Shown: in pieces, positions 9,247-18,302 of the stretch
Layout: each line of letters opens with the position of its first letter
Numbering within the stretch: the first letter of the stretch is position 1
Sequence record: DRR723986_10545
Strand: one strand, 5' to 3'
DNA: 49,326 nucleotides
Notes under the pieces: generated by a model
What the model saw: the letters and a program-made list of their open reading frames with translations, nothing else
What the model was told of the DNA's origin: nothing
The model's database searches: none
Program-made: the position numbers and the translations under genes

Positions 9247-10137
9247 TAATGATGGGTTTGTCTACTTATTAAACCTCCTTTAACTTCATTTATATTTTGT
9301 ACAAACATAAAAGCCTTTGGGTCGGCTTGTGCTATTGCTTTTTTTATTTTATGAACCTCTAATCTAGTGACGACCGTTGCAATTATATCACAATCATGAC
9401 TAACATCAAAACTACCAGGTAGATTACCTCTCTCACCTTTGTAAACAGTTATAGGTTTATCAAATTTATTAACTATAATATCTTTTATTACTTTGTCATT
9501 AGGTGAGATAATAGTTAAACAAATAAGTTTTTCAAAACCATCAACTACATAGCCAGAGACTTTAATTACCGTGAAAAAAGTAATTATAGAATACATCGCT
9601 TTTTCTAACCCTAAAAAGAAGGCAATAACTAAAAATACTACAGTATTTATCGCCATTATAATTTCTGATGTCGTTAGTCCAAATTTCTTATTGGTAAATT
9701 CTGCTATGACCTCTAAACCGTCAATTACTCCGCCACTTCGTATAACAAATCCAATTCCTAGTCCTACAAATACACCACCAAAAGCAGCAACTAAAAAGTG
9801 ATCTTTTGTGATTTCTGGAATTGGTAATACATTAAGTGCAATCCCTAATAAAACTAAAGCTAACAAAGAATGCAATGCAAAAGACTTATCTATTTTTTTG
9901 AAACTAATTAAGAACAAATGGCAGATTAAGTAGTAGTAAAGAAATCCAGACATCAATGTGATAAAATTCATGAATTAAAATAGCAATACCTAATAGCCCT
10001 CCATCTAAAAAATGATTCGGAATCATAAAGCCCTTAATAGCAATTGTCGCAGCTAATACGCCTAATAATTTCAGTAAAAGAGATTTAACATTGAAGATTC
10101 TTTTCAGGTCAATTTCTTTTTGGTTGTTCGTACTCAT
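9246..10137 (-). pseudogene. YitT-family membrane protein, frameshifted near 9904-9915
   Basis: N-half (GFMIPNHFLDGGLLGIA..NLPFVL) stops at 9904; C-half (ISFKKIDK..GGVIDGLEVIA..VVTRLEV..DPKAF) continues in the adjacent frame; removing one base restores a full YitT. Confidence 0.8.
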
Positions 10138-10202
10138 GAATAGTGTGCTAGTTAACACTAAAATAAAACATTTGTTTATAACAAGATCAAAATACTTTAT
10201 TT

Positions 10203-10245
10203 ATCTGTTTTACAGAATGTTATAATATTTGGCACGCTGTTTGCT
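10203..10245 (+). promoter_or_regulatory. Sigma54-type -24/-12 promoter with upstream conserved box
   Basis: Exact consensus TGGCACG-CTGT-TTGCT at 10230-10245; ATCTGTTTTACAGAATGTTA at 10203-10222. Confidence 0.75.
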
Positions 10246-10280
10246 CATTATAAATGCATTTAATTTAAAACCCTTTAACT

Positions 10281-11558
10281 ATGAAACGGATTATATTTTT
10301 CTTTGCAGGTTTGCTAGCATTAAGCTACTCTGCACATGCATCAACCAACACAACAACAGAAGCTGAAGCTTCAATTAATAATTATGTGAGAGGTTACAAT
10401 AATTCTTTCATATTTACCGAAGCAGGTATCGAATTTTCGGTATACAGAGATGGCCAATTTGATTTTTATATTCCACAATATGGACCTGATGTAAGTGTTG
10501 GAATTGACACACCTGGTTTTAGACTTAGTTTTAATTCTGGGTTTAACTACAGTCCTTACATACAGTATGATAGTTTTGGCGCTATTATCCAAATAGAAAA
10601 TACACCAATCTATTATGATTATTACGGAAGGGTTAATCAAATAGGAAACATCTTTATAAATTATAATGGTTTTGGACGTATCAGCAGAATTGGTGGATTA
10701 AACGTATTCTACAGAAATAATGTTTTTTGGGGATGTGATGGATTTATCAACATTTACAACAGAGCATATATTTATAGACCGTGGCATCATTTTTTCGCAA
10801 TTCCATCTGTTAACTTTTGCATTGTTAATGTAAATCCATACAGACAGTTTTACACACCTATAAGGCACATTTACTATAGACCTTACACTAATAATGTGAG
10901 ATACTATAACATTAATGGAAGAAGAAACGGAAACCAAATAGGACGACGAGGCAGTAATACTAGAATAAGTGATAGATATGCTCAAACTCCTAGAAATAAA
11001 AGAGAGCGTAGTATTAGAAAACGTGTAGAACGTAACAATGCTGCAATTACAAGAACAAGAGCAACACGATTAGCCGCATCTAACAATACGACGAGAACAC
11101 GAACTACACGTAAAACTGAAGCGACAACACGTACTAATACTGGACGAACAAAAAAAGCGACTACGACTCGTAATAATACGAGAGTAACAAGCCCGACGAG
11201 ATCTAATACGGTACGTAATGGTAAAACTGTTAAAACACGTTCTAATACAAGAGTTACCACACCTACAAGAACAACTCGTAATAGCACAACAAATGTGCGT
11301 ACAACACATACAAAACAAAATGTGACCAAAACAAGAAGTGATGTGTCTAAAAAAGTAGAGAGAACAAGAAATACTTCTACGAGAAAACCGAAAGCGACAA
11401 AATCTCGTACTTATAACAAAGCAAAGTCTCAAAGTACAAGACAAAGAAGTGTTTCGCAAAAGAAAAGTAAATCATCGTCAAAAATGACAAGATCTAATAC
11501 AAGTAGAAAAAGTAATCAAAGTTCTACAAGATCTAGTTCTAGACGATCTAGAGGATAA
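10281..11558 (+). CDS. Secreted hypothetical protein: repeat domain plus long Arg/Thr/Ser/Lys-rich disordered tail
   Basis: Signal peptide; FTEAGIEFSVYRDGQFDF; repeats YDYYGRVNQIGNIFINY/NGFGRISRIGGLNVFY; low-complexity basic C-terminal half. Confidence 0.82.
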   Translation: MKRIIFFFAGLLALSYSAHASTNTTTEAEASINNYVRGYNNSFIFTEAGIEFSVYRDGQFDFYIPQYGPDVSVGIDTPGFRLSFNSGFNYSPYIQYDSFGAIIQIENTPIYYDYYGRVNQIGNIFINYNGFGRISRIGGLNVFYRNNVFWGCDGFINIYNRAYIYRPWHHFFAIPSVNFCIVNVNPYRQFYTPIRHIYYRPYTNNVRYYNINGRRNGNQIGRRGSNTRISDRYAQTPRNKRERSIRKRVERNNAAITRTRATRLAASNNTTRTRTTRKTEATTRTNTGRTKKATTTRNNTRVTSPTRSNTVRNGKTVKTRSNTRVTTPTRTTRNSTTNVRTTHTKQNVTKTRSDVSKKVERTRNTSTRKPKATKSRTYNKAKSQSTRQRSVSQKKSKSSSKMTRSNTSRKSNQSSTRSSSRRSRG

Positions 11559-11581
11559 AATGATTTTTTTGGTTGGTTAGT

Positions 11582-11627
11582 AGAAATCCCGTATGATGTA
11601 TGCCTTAAAGCACCTTACGGGATTTCT
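11582..11627. terminator. Hairpin terminator between the convergent 10281 gene and the flippase
   Basis: 12-bp arms AGAAATCCCGTA / TACGGGATTTCT. Confidence 0.65.
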
Positions 11628-11642
11628 CGTATAAAAAAGTAT

Positions 11643-13097
11643 CTAAAGTTTTAGATACTTTTTTATTTGTTCATAAATATCTTCAGAAATATGCAATTTA
11701 TAAATTGAGAGTATATATAAAATTGTAATAAACAAGGATTTTAAACCTATATTAATTATGGGATGAAATGGAAATTCCCAATAGTAAAATACAATCATAA
11801 ACACACCAATAAGACCAATTATCTTTAAAGAAGAAATTGAATATGGCTGGATGTTAAACTTTTGTTTTACAAATACGATTTTAATAGTGTTATAAATAAA
11901 AACTGCCAAAAATGTGGCAAAAGCTGAGCCTTCTATGCCAAATACAGGAATAAAAACAGCATTTAATACAATAGCCATAATTGCGAGCAGAACACCAAAG
12001 AATAACACCATTTTATAATAATCACTATTAAATAAAATCGCATTATTATTTCCTATACTATTATCGTACAACTTAGCCACACTCACTATAAAGACAACAA
12101 ATAAACCTCCCGTAAATTCGGATGGTAATATTTCATATAACTGATTAATATTTAAAATTATTAGTAAAAAAATTAATCCACTAACAGCTAACAAACTTAA
12201 AGAGCTTCGCTTATATAAGTCTTCTAGAGCTACTCTGTCGTTCTCGTTGAGATACTTAGCGGTTAATGGTAACATTATTTGATGCATTGCTCGTTGTGGC
12301 ACGGCAATAACTGTTGCAATAAAAATTGCCACGCTGTAATAGGCAACTTCTTCAATTTTTAAAATTCTACCTATCATAAATTTATCTATATCAAGAATTA
12401 ACATGGCTACGGAACCAGCAATAATTATTAATAAAGAATAACTTAATATCGAAGGTAAATTTTCAATTTTATGAAATCTTAGCTTTGGTAATCTTACGCT
12501 GTAGGCATAAAGTTTCATTATAAGCATTCGTAAAACATAGACTGCGACTAAGGAAATAATGAATTGGTCTACAGTTATCCATTTAAAGTATACACCCAAT
12601 AACAAAAGCATTATACAAACCCGATGAAATACTTCTTTCATAACATTTCCAAACACAGTTTGCATTTGTACTTTAGACCAAGCGAAAAATATTTCAAAAT
12701 AAGCCATGGCAATGGCTAGAACATAAATATGCCAAATATAATTACCAACAATGTCATTTTCTTTAGAAAGCAAATTACCAATAGTTTCATATGCAAAATA
12801 CCCTAGCAAACCAGCAGGAATAATAAAGACTAATGGCAAATAAAGCATTAACGTTAGAAAACTATTTATACTATTTTTAGTTTTAAAAAAAGAATAAAAC
12901 TTAATTATTGCATTATGTACACCAAACGCCATACAAGGCATCATTAAATTAGCGGTAGATAATAAAAAAGCTACAAGACCATAGTATTGATCAGTTAAAA
13001 AATTTGTGTAGAGAAATAGCGTATTTATGGCTCCAATACCAAAACCTAAGTATGTGCTGATTGTGTTTTTAAAAGATTGGTTTATGACTATTCCCAT
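11643..13097 (-). CDS. Polysaccharide flippase (Wzx/MOP superfamily)
   Basis: Many TM helices; MGIVINQSFKNT..GFGIGAINTLFLY start; IDKFMI..VAYYSVA motif. Confidence 0.82.
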   Translation of the reverse strand: MGIVINQSFKNTISTYLGFGIGAINTLFLYTNFLTDQYYGLVAFLLSTANLMMPCMAFGVHNAIIKFYSFFKTKNSINSFLTLMLYLPLVFIIPAGLLGYFAYETIGNLLSKENDIVGNYIWHIYVLAIAMAYFEIFFAWSKVQMQTVFGNVMKEVFHRVCIMLLLLGVYFKWITVDQFIISLVAVYVLRMLIMKLYAYSVRLPKLRFHKIENLPSILSYSLLIIIAGSVAMLILDIDKFMIGRILKIEEVAYYSVAIFIATVIAVPQRAMHQIMLPLTAKYLNENDRVALEDLYKRSSLSLLAVSGLIFLLIILNINQLYEILPSEFTGGLFVVFIVSVAKLYDNSIGNNNAILFNSDYYKMVLFFGVLLAIMAIVLNAVFIPVFGIEGSAFATFLAVFIYNTIKIVFVKQKFNIQPYSISSLKIIGLIGVFMIVFYYWEFPFHPIINIGLKSLFITILYILSIYKLHISEDIYEQIKKYLKL

Positions 13098-13149
13098 TAC
13101 GGCAATTATTATTCCTACAAATTATCAATTTATTTGACAGTTATAAAAA

Positions 13150-14439
13150 TTAGGTGTTTCTAATTAAATTAGATAGTTTTTCGGTTAAAGATTTACGACT
13201 ATAAGGCTGTAATCCAATAGCATTAACATTTAAGGTATTATTTAGAAATGCTTCAAAATACTCTAATAATTTTGCTTTTAAAATGTCCTTATTATGATAA
13301 TTAAAGTAGGTGCCTGTGTTAGTAGATGTTATAATCCGTTCTATATCAGAACCCTCTGGACCAATAGCCAATATTGGTGTTTCTGAAATGAGATATTCAA
13401 ATAATTTCCCTGGTATAATGGCCTTAGTGTCTTCAGAATCTATTTCTATTAATAATAACAAACGAGACGCCAACTGATATTTAATAGCTTCATTATGTGT
13501 AACATAGCCAACAACTTTAGTATACGCCTTTAGTCCAAATTCATCTAGTGTTTCTTTGACATCATCACTTACGACACCAATTAACTGTAATTCAAATGCT
13601 TTAGAAAATGCGTTGTTCTCTTTTATTAATTCTGAAATCACCTCCCATAGAATAGTTGGGTTTCTATCTGATAATAATGATCCAATATGAGAAAGCGTAA
13701 ATTTCTGATCCTTCTCTTCTACCTTAAGCGAGTGTGAATCATATCCGTTGGTGATTACTGTAATAGGCACACTTGTTTTTTTCTGAAACTCATTTTTTGT
13801 ATGCATACTTGTAACTACCAATTGATCTGCAGAATTTAATACGTTTTGCTCAAGATCTTTATGTTTATCTTGTGAAGAACTGGTTATTTTAAGTGCTTTA
13901 TGATAACCTATTGTAGTCCATGGATCTCTAAAGTCTGCAATCCAATTAATATTAAATTTATTTTTTAATTGCAGTCCTATAAGGTGCAAACTATGTGGTG
14001 GACCTGTAGTAATAATAGTATCTATATGATTATCTTGAATATATTTGCTTAAAAAGGAAACCGATGGTTTTACCCAATTTTTTCGAGCATCTGGTATGAA
14101 ATAATTCCCTCTAATATAAAGCATCATTCTATCTAATAGAGTCTGCTTTCTCTTTTTAGGAATAACACCAGAACTTATAGATGTTGTACTGCGTCTACTA
14201 AATAGATTCGCAATTTTATAAGGTTCGTTAATTGGCTGTTTAATGATTGTAATTCCTTTAGGAATCTCATCCATTAAACTTTCATCCGTTATTGGGTAGT
14301 TTGGATTTTCTGGACAATATACAATTGGTTCTATTTCATACTCAGGTAAGTACTTTACAAATTTCAACCAGCGTTGTACACCTGGCCCACCTGCAGGAGG
14401 CCAATAATATAATATTATGAGAACTTTCTTTGAATTCAT
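13150..14439 (-). CDS. Glycosyltransferase family 4
   Basis: YYWPPAGGPGVQRWLKF, TTGPPHS, WIADFRDPW and IPGKLFEYL motifs. Confidence 0.85.
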   Translation of the reverse strand: MNSKKVLIILYYWPPAGGPGVQRWLKFVKYLPEYEIEPIVYCPENPNYPITDESLMDEIPKGITIIKQPINEPYKIANLFSRRSTTSISSGVIPKKRKQTLLDRMMLYIRGNYFIPDARKNWVKPSVSFLSKYIQDNHIDTIITTGPPHSLHLIGLQLKNKFNINWIADFRDPWTTIGYHKALKITSSSQDKHKDLEQNVLNSADQLVVTSMHTKNEFQKKTSVPITVITNGYDSHSLKVEEKDQKFTLSHIGSLLSDRNPTILWEVISELIKENNAFSKAFELQLIGVVSDDVKETLDEFGLKAYTKVVGYVTHNEAIKYQLASRLLLLIEIDSEDTKAIIPGKLFEYLISETPILAIGPEGSDIERIITSTNTGTYFNYHNKDILKAKLLEYFEAFLNNTLNVNAIGLQPYSRKSLTEKLSNLIRNT

Positions 14440-14447
14440 AATAACGT

Positions 14448-16892
14448 TTAAGCCTCTGCTTTTCGTTGTTTGAATACATGGAATATCCCAAGTAAAAATA
14501 AAAGACCTAATATGGCGGAACTAGCAAATGCAATAGAGCTTCCTGTTTCCACAACTTCTGGTTCAAATTTAAACTCAATAATATGATTACCTCTTGGAAC
14601 TTCCATACCTCGTAAAACATAATTAACGCGATAATGAGGCACCAAATTCCCATCTAAATAGGCATTCCAACCGTGTTTATAATAGATTTCTGAGAACATA
14701 ACAAATCCATTATTTTCATTTGAAGCCTCATACTTTAAATAGTTTGGCTTAAATGATTTTAATGCTATGGTCGCTAATGAATCAGTTTCATATTTTAATA
14801 TGTTTATTCTTTCTCTCAACTCTAATGCTGTTGTAACGGCTACAGTCTTTGTATTAATACTATCCAAAGCCATTATTTCTTCGTTCGCAGAAGCTAAAGA
14901 TCTTAACTCATTAACAAACCAGGCATTACCATTTGGTTGCGTATAATAAGTAACAGGAACAGGTCTTCCCTGTTCATCTTGGTCTATAATATATTTGGTG
15001 TTAAGCATATTAAGAACGTTAACATTGTTCTTATAAATATGAAACTCCATCAACTCATTGTAACGTCCTAATTTCGCTGCGTGATAACCAAACAATGAAT
15101 TATGAAAATAAGCTGCTCTAGCTGGCTGACTCTGCCCTATTCGAGAAACGTCTAAAACCCTAAAGTGTTCTTTGTCTTTTAAAATTTCCTTATCAGCTTC
15201 ACTTGATTGATAAGGCGTATCTACATATCGCGCTGGCTTAAAATTATCGTTATTAACGTATTGTCTATCTATAGTTACCAAATCAAACAGAATCAAAATT
15301 ACAAAAATCACCAGTACAAGTCTTTCGGATAACTTCTTTTGTAAAAAAAGGTAAACAGCACCTGCAGATAATAATACAAGGATAAGTGTTCTGATTGTAT
15401 CTGCCGTAAATAATGCTTTTCTATCCTCTATTACAGCATCAATAAAAGCTTGTCCATAGGCTTCAATATAGCTGTCATCTCTAAAGCTTTCAAAATCAAA
15501 TAATGAAGATTTAAATAATAAAAAGACTAAAGCTAATCCTGCTGTTATACCAACAGTATACTTTAAAGCTCTTAACTTTTCTTCATCCTTAGTAAAGTCG
15601 TTGAAGAGCCTAACTAAAGCAAATACAGCGAGCACAGACACACATAGTTCTAATATAACCTGTATTGAACTTACTGCTCTAAACTTATCGTAAAGTGGCA
15701 CATAATTTATAAAGAAATCAGTAAGCAAGTCAAAGTTTTTACCATAGGATAATAATAAGGATAGTAAAGTACCACCAACAAGCCACCATTTTAATCGTCC
15801 TTTTACTAAAAACAAACCAAGAACAAATAGAAATATGACAACAGCACCGATATAAGCGGGAGCTTCAACAATGGGTTGATCTCCCCAATACATAGGTGCA
15901 TTTCTCGAGGCTTCTAATGCTTCTATTGGAGATGCACCAAGATTTACGTAAGCTTTATATGTTTCAGAATCTCTACCGACATCTTCTGAGTTTCCACCAC
16001 CCATAAATTTTGGGATGTATAAATTGAAGGTTTCTAAAATACCATAACTATATTCTGTTATATAATTCTTATCCAAACCAGAAGTGATTTCCTTTTCTGA
16101 ACCATCAGGATTTATAGTAAGTTCGCTTTGTCCACGTGTGCTTTCTTTTACATACTCTTGTGTAGCCATAATGTTCGTTGCATTAAGACCAACAGCTAAT
16201 AAAGCAGCAACCGACAATAAACCTAGAGATTTAAAAAAGTGTGGTAACACTTTCTTTCTATAGGCATCAATTAGATAGGCTAATCCAAGAATAAGAACTA
16301 ATAATAATAAATAGTAAGTCATCTGAAAATGATTGGCTACTATTTCTAATCCTAAAGCAATTGAAGTAAGTAAAAATCCGACTATATATATTTTTCGAAA
16401 AGTTAAAATTATTCCTGCTAATACCATTGGCATGTAGGCAATAGCATGCGCTTTGGCATTATGCCCTACTCCCAATATTATTATTAAATATGTTGAAAAC
16501 CCAAAAGCGAGTGCACCTAAAGCTGCCAGTTTAAAGTCTACTTTGAGCGAACATAATAATATATAAAACCCTAAAAAATATAGAAACAAATAATCTGCTG
16601 GCCTTGGTAAAAAACGTAATGATAAATCTAATTTCTTTATATAATTATGCGGGTATTTAGCGCCTAATTGATATGTAGGCATACCGCCAAATGCACTATT
16701 TGTCCAATAGGTTTCTTCACCAGTTACCTTAGCAAACTCCTTTTGTTGCTGAGCCATACCAATGTAATGCATTATGTCACTTTGAAAAATCTTTTTGTCT
16801 TGCAGAACAGGACTAAAGTATGCTAAGGATAAAGCAATAAAGCCAATTATAATAAGAATATGTGGTAAGAAACGTTTAAGAAATGATGACAT
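14448..16892 (-). CDS. YfhO-family integral membrane protein (putative GT-C glycosyltransferase)
   Basis: QSDI..WTNSAFGGMPTY, NHFQMTYY, GYHAAKL and C-terminal FSEIYYKHGWNAYLDG..RVNYVLRGM. Confidence 0.85.
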   Translation of the reverse strand: MSSFLKRFLPHILIIIGFIALSLAYFSPVLQDKKIFQSDIMHYIGMAQQQKEFAKVTGEETYWTNSAFGGMPTYQLGAKYPHNYIKKLDLSLRFLPRPADYLFLYFLGFYILLCSLKVDFKLAALGALAFGFSTYLIIILGVGHNAKAHAIAYMPMVLAGIILTFRKIYIVGFLLTSIALGLEIVANHFQMTYYLLLLVLILGLAYLIDAYRKKVLPHFFKSLGLLSVAALLAVGLNATNIMATQEYVKESTRGQSELTINPDGSEKEITSGLDKNYITEYSYGILETFNLYIPKFMGGGNSEDVGRDSETYKAYVNLGASPIEALEASRNAPMYWGDQPIVEAPAYIGAVVIFLFVLGLFLVKGRLKWWLVGGTLLSLLLSYGKNFDLLTDFFINYVPLYDKFRAVSSIQVILELCVSVLAVFALVRLFNDFTKDEEKLRALKYTVGITAGLALVFLLFKSSLFDFESFRDDSYIEAYGQAFIDAVIEDRKALFTADTIRTLILVLLSAGAVYLFLQKKLSERLVLVIFVILILFDLVTIDRQYVNNDNFKPARYVDTPYQSSEADKEILKDKEHFRVLDVSRIGQSQPARAAYFHNSLFGYHAAKLGRYNELMEFHIYKNNVNVLNMLNTKYIIDQDEQGRPVPVTYYTQPNGNAWFVNELRSLASANEEIMALDSINTKTVAVTTALELRERINILKYETDSLATIALKSFKPNYLKYEASNENNGFVMFSEIYYKHGWNAYLDGNLVPHYRVNYVLRGMEVPRGNHIIEFKFEPEVVETGSSIAFASSAILGLLFLLGIFHVFKQRKAEA

Positions 16893-16923
16893 GGAATTTG
16901 ACTTAAATCAATTATGCCGAAAA

Positions 16924-17211
16924 TTAATCAATTTCTTCGTAATCGATGTATTCTCCTACCTTTTCATTTGATTTTTTATTCTGATTAGGCATTTTATCAA
17001 TGACCGTTTCTCCCTCTTTCTGTTTTTGTCTTTGCTTAGCTTGATTGTCAAAACCACCAAATTGGTGACCAAACTTTTGTTCTGCTTTCTTTGCTACAAA
17101 ACGTAATAATAATGGCGCAAATAAACGTGCTAAAATCTTAAAACCGAAGTAAAAAAGAAGTATTATTAATATGGTTCTTAATAATCCCATTGCCGAAGCT
17201 TCTTGTATCAT
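16924..17211 (-). CDS. DUF4834-type small membrane protein
   Basis: One N-terminal TM helix and C-terminal GEYIDYEEID. Confidence 0.78.
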   Translation of the reverse strand: MIQEASAMGLLRTILIILLFYFGFKILARLFAPLLLRFVAKKAEQKFGHQFGGFDNQAKQRQKQKEGETVIDKMPNQNKKSNEKVGEYIDYEEID

Positions 17212-17228
17212 AACTAATATTCAATACT

Positions 17229-17298
17229 CAAAAATACGATTATACTGATTTATAATCGGTTAATATTCCTTAAAAAATCTATAAAATATATATATTTG
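17229..17298. promoter_or_regulatory. Divergent -7 promoter pair (DUF4834-YfhO operon versus barrel-GNAT operon)
   Basis: Minus-strand TATTTTTG at 17229-17236 and plus-strand TATATTTG at 17291-17298. Confidence 0.55.
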
Positions 17299-17316
17299 AA
17301 TCTAAACACATATCTA

Positions 17317-18285
17317 ATGCGAATACTCAAATCATTTTTCGTTTTATTCATTTCTTTTTCTTTTACATCAACCTACGCCCAGTATACCGAAGTCATTAAT
17401 TCTAACAGACCTGGAGTTTCGGAAAGTGCATTTTCAGTAGGTACAGGAATAGTACAGTTTGAAGCAGGTGCATTTACAGTTAAAGAAGAGCATACACCTT
17501 TAAATTATGATGTTACTGGCTTTGGACTAGACTTCTCGATTAGATATGGTGTATTGTTTGAACAATTAGAATTTTCATTAGATGGTATTTACCAAAATGA
17601 TAAAATCACATTTAATAATGCCGCTATTCCCATTGAAGACAAACGTGCTAATTTTAAAAACTTAACTATTGGTGCAAAGTACTTAGTTTACGATCCTTAT
17701 AAAAATTCTGAAGAGGCAAAACCCAATTTATATAGCTACCATGCTAATAAAAAATTTCAATGGAAATCACTCATACCTGCTGTTGCTGTGTATGTTGGTG
17801 CTAATTTTGACACAAAAGACAATCCCTTTACTGCACCAGATGTTGAAGGATTTAGCCCTAAAGTAATGATTGCAACACAAAATAATTTTAATGGTGGTTG
17901 GGTGTTTGTTATGAACTTAATTAAAGACAGAATTGGCTCTGAGTTTTCTGAATTTCAATATGTATTGACACTTACACATTCATTTACACCTCAATGGGTT
18001 GTATTTGGTGAAGCTCAAGGTATTAATAGTGATTTTTATGCTGATAATATTTTTAGGGTTGGAGGAGCTTATTTGTGGACACCAAACTTTCAATTAGATG
18101 CTAATATAGCCTTTAACACTAAGGATACTCCATCGGTATTTAACATCGCCTTTGGTGCGTCTTATCGTTTAGATTTTCATAAAGATAAAAAGATTGATAA
18201 TGGTAACGGAAATGATGGGAATTTTAAAAAGAAGAAAAAAAGAAAGAAGAAGAAAAAAAGAAAATCAGACGATTTTGATTCTTAA
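17317..18285 (+). CDS. Outer-membrane beta-barrel 'transporter' (COG4313/MetA-pathway phenol-degradation-like)
   Basis: Signal peptide from MRILKS (17317); NSNRPGVSES..VGTGIVQFEAG N-terminus; alternating beta-strand pattern ending GASYRLDF; polybasic tail. Confidence 0.7.
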   Translation: MRILKSFFVLFISFSFTSTYAQYTEVINSNRPGVSESAFSVGTGIVQFEAGAFTVKEEHTPLNYDVTGFGLDFSIRYGVLFEQLEFSLDGIYQNDKITFNNAAIPIEDKRANFKNLTIGAKYLVYDPYKNSEEAKPNLYSYHANKKFQWKSLIPAVAVYVGANFDTKDNPFTAPDVEGFSPKVMIATQNNFNGGWVFVMNLIKDRIGSEFSEFQYVLTLTHSFTPQWVVFGEAQGINSDFYADNIFRVGGAYLWTPNFQLDANIAFNTKDTPSVFNIAFGASYRLDFHKDKKIDNGNGNDGNFKKKKKRKKKKKRKSDDFDS

Positions 18286-18302
18286 TCATTTACAAAACCC
18301 TA

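Noticed and set aside
10371-11459. Four minus-strand ORFs (89-129 aa) opposite the 10281 gene
   Set aside because: Antisense shadows of a low-complexity coding region; their Val/Leu- or Cys/Ser-rich text mirrors the ACA/AGA codons
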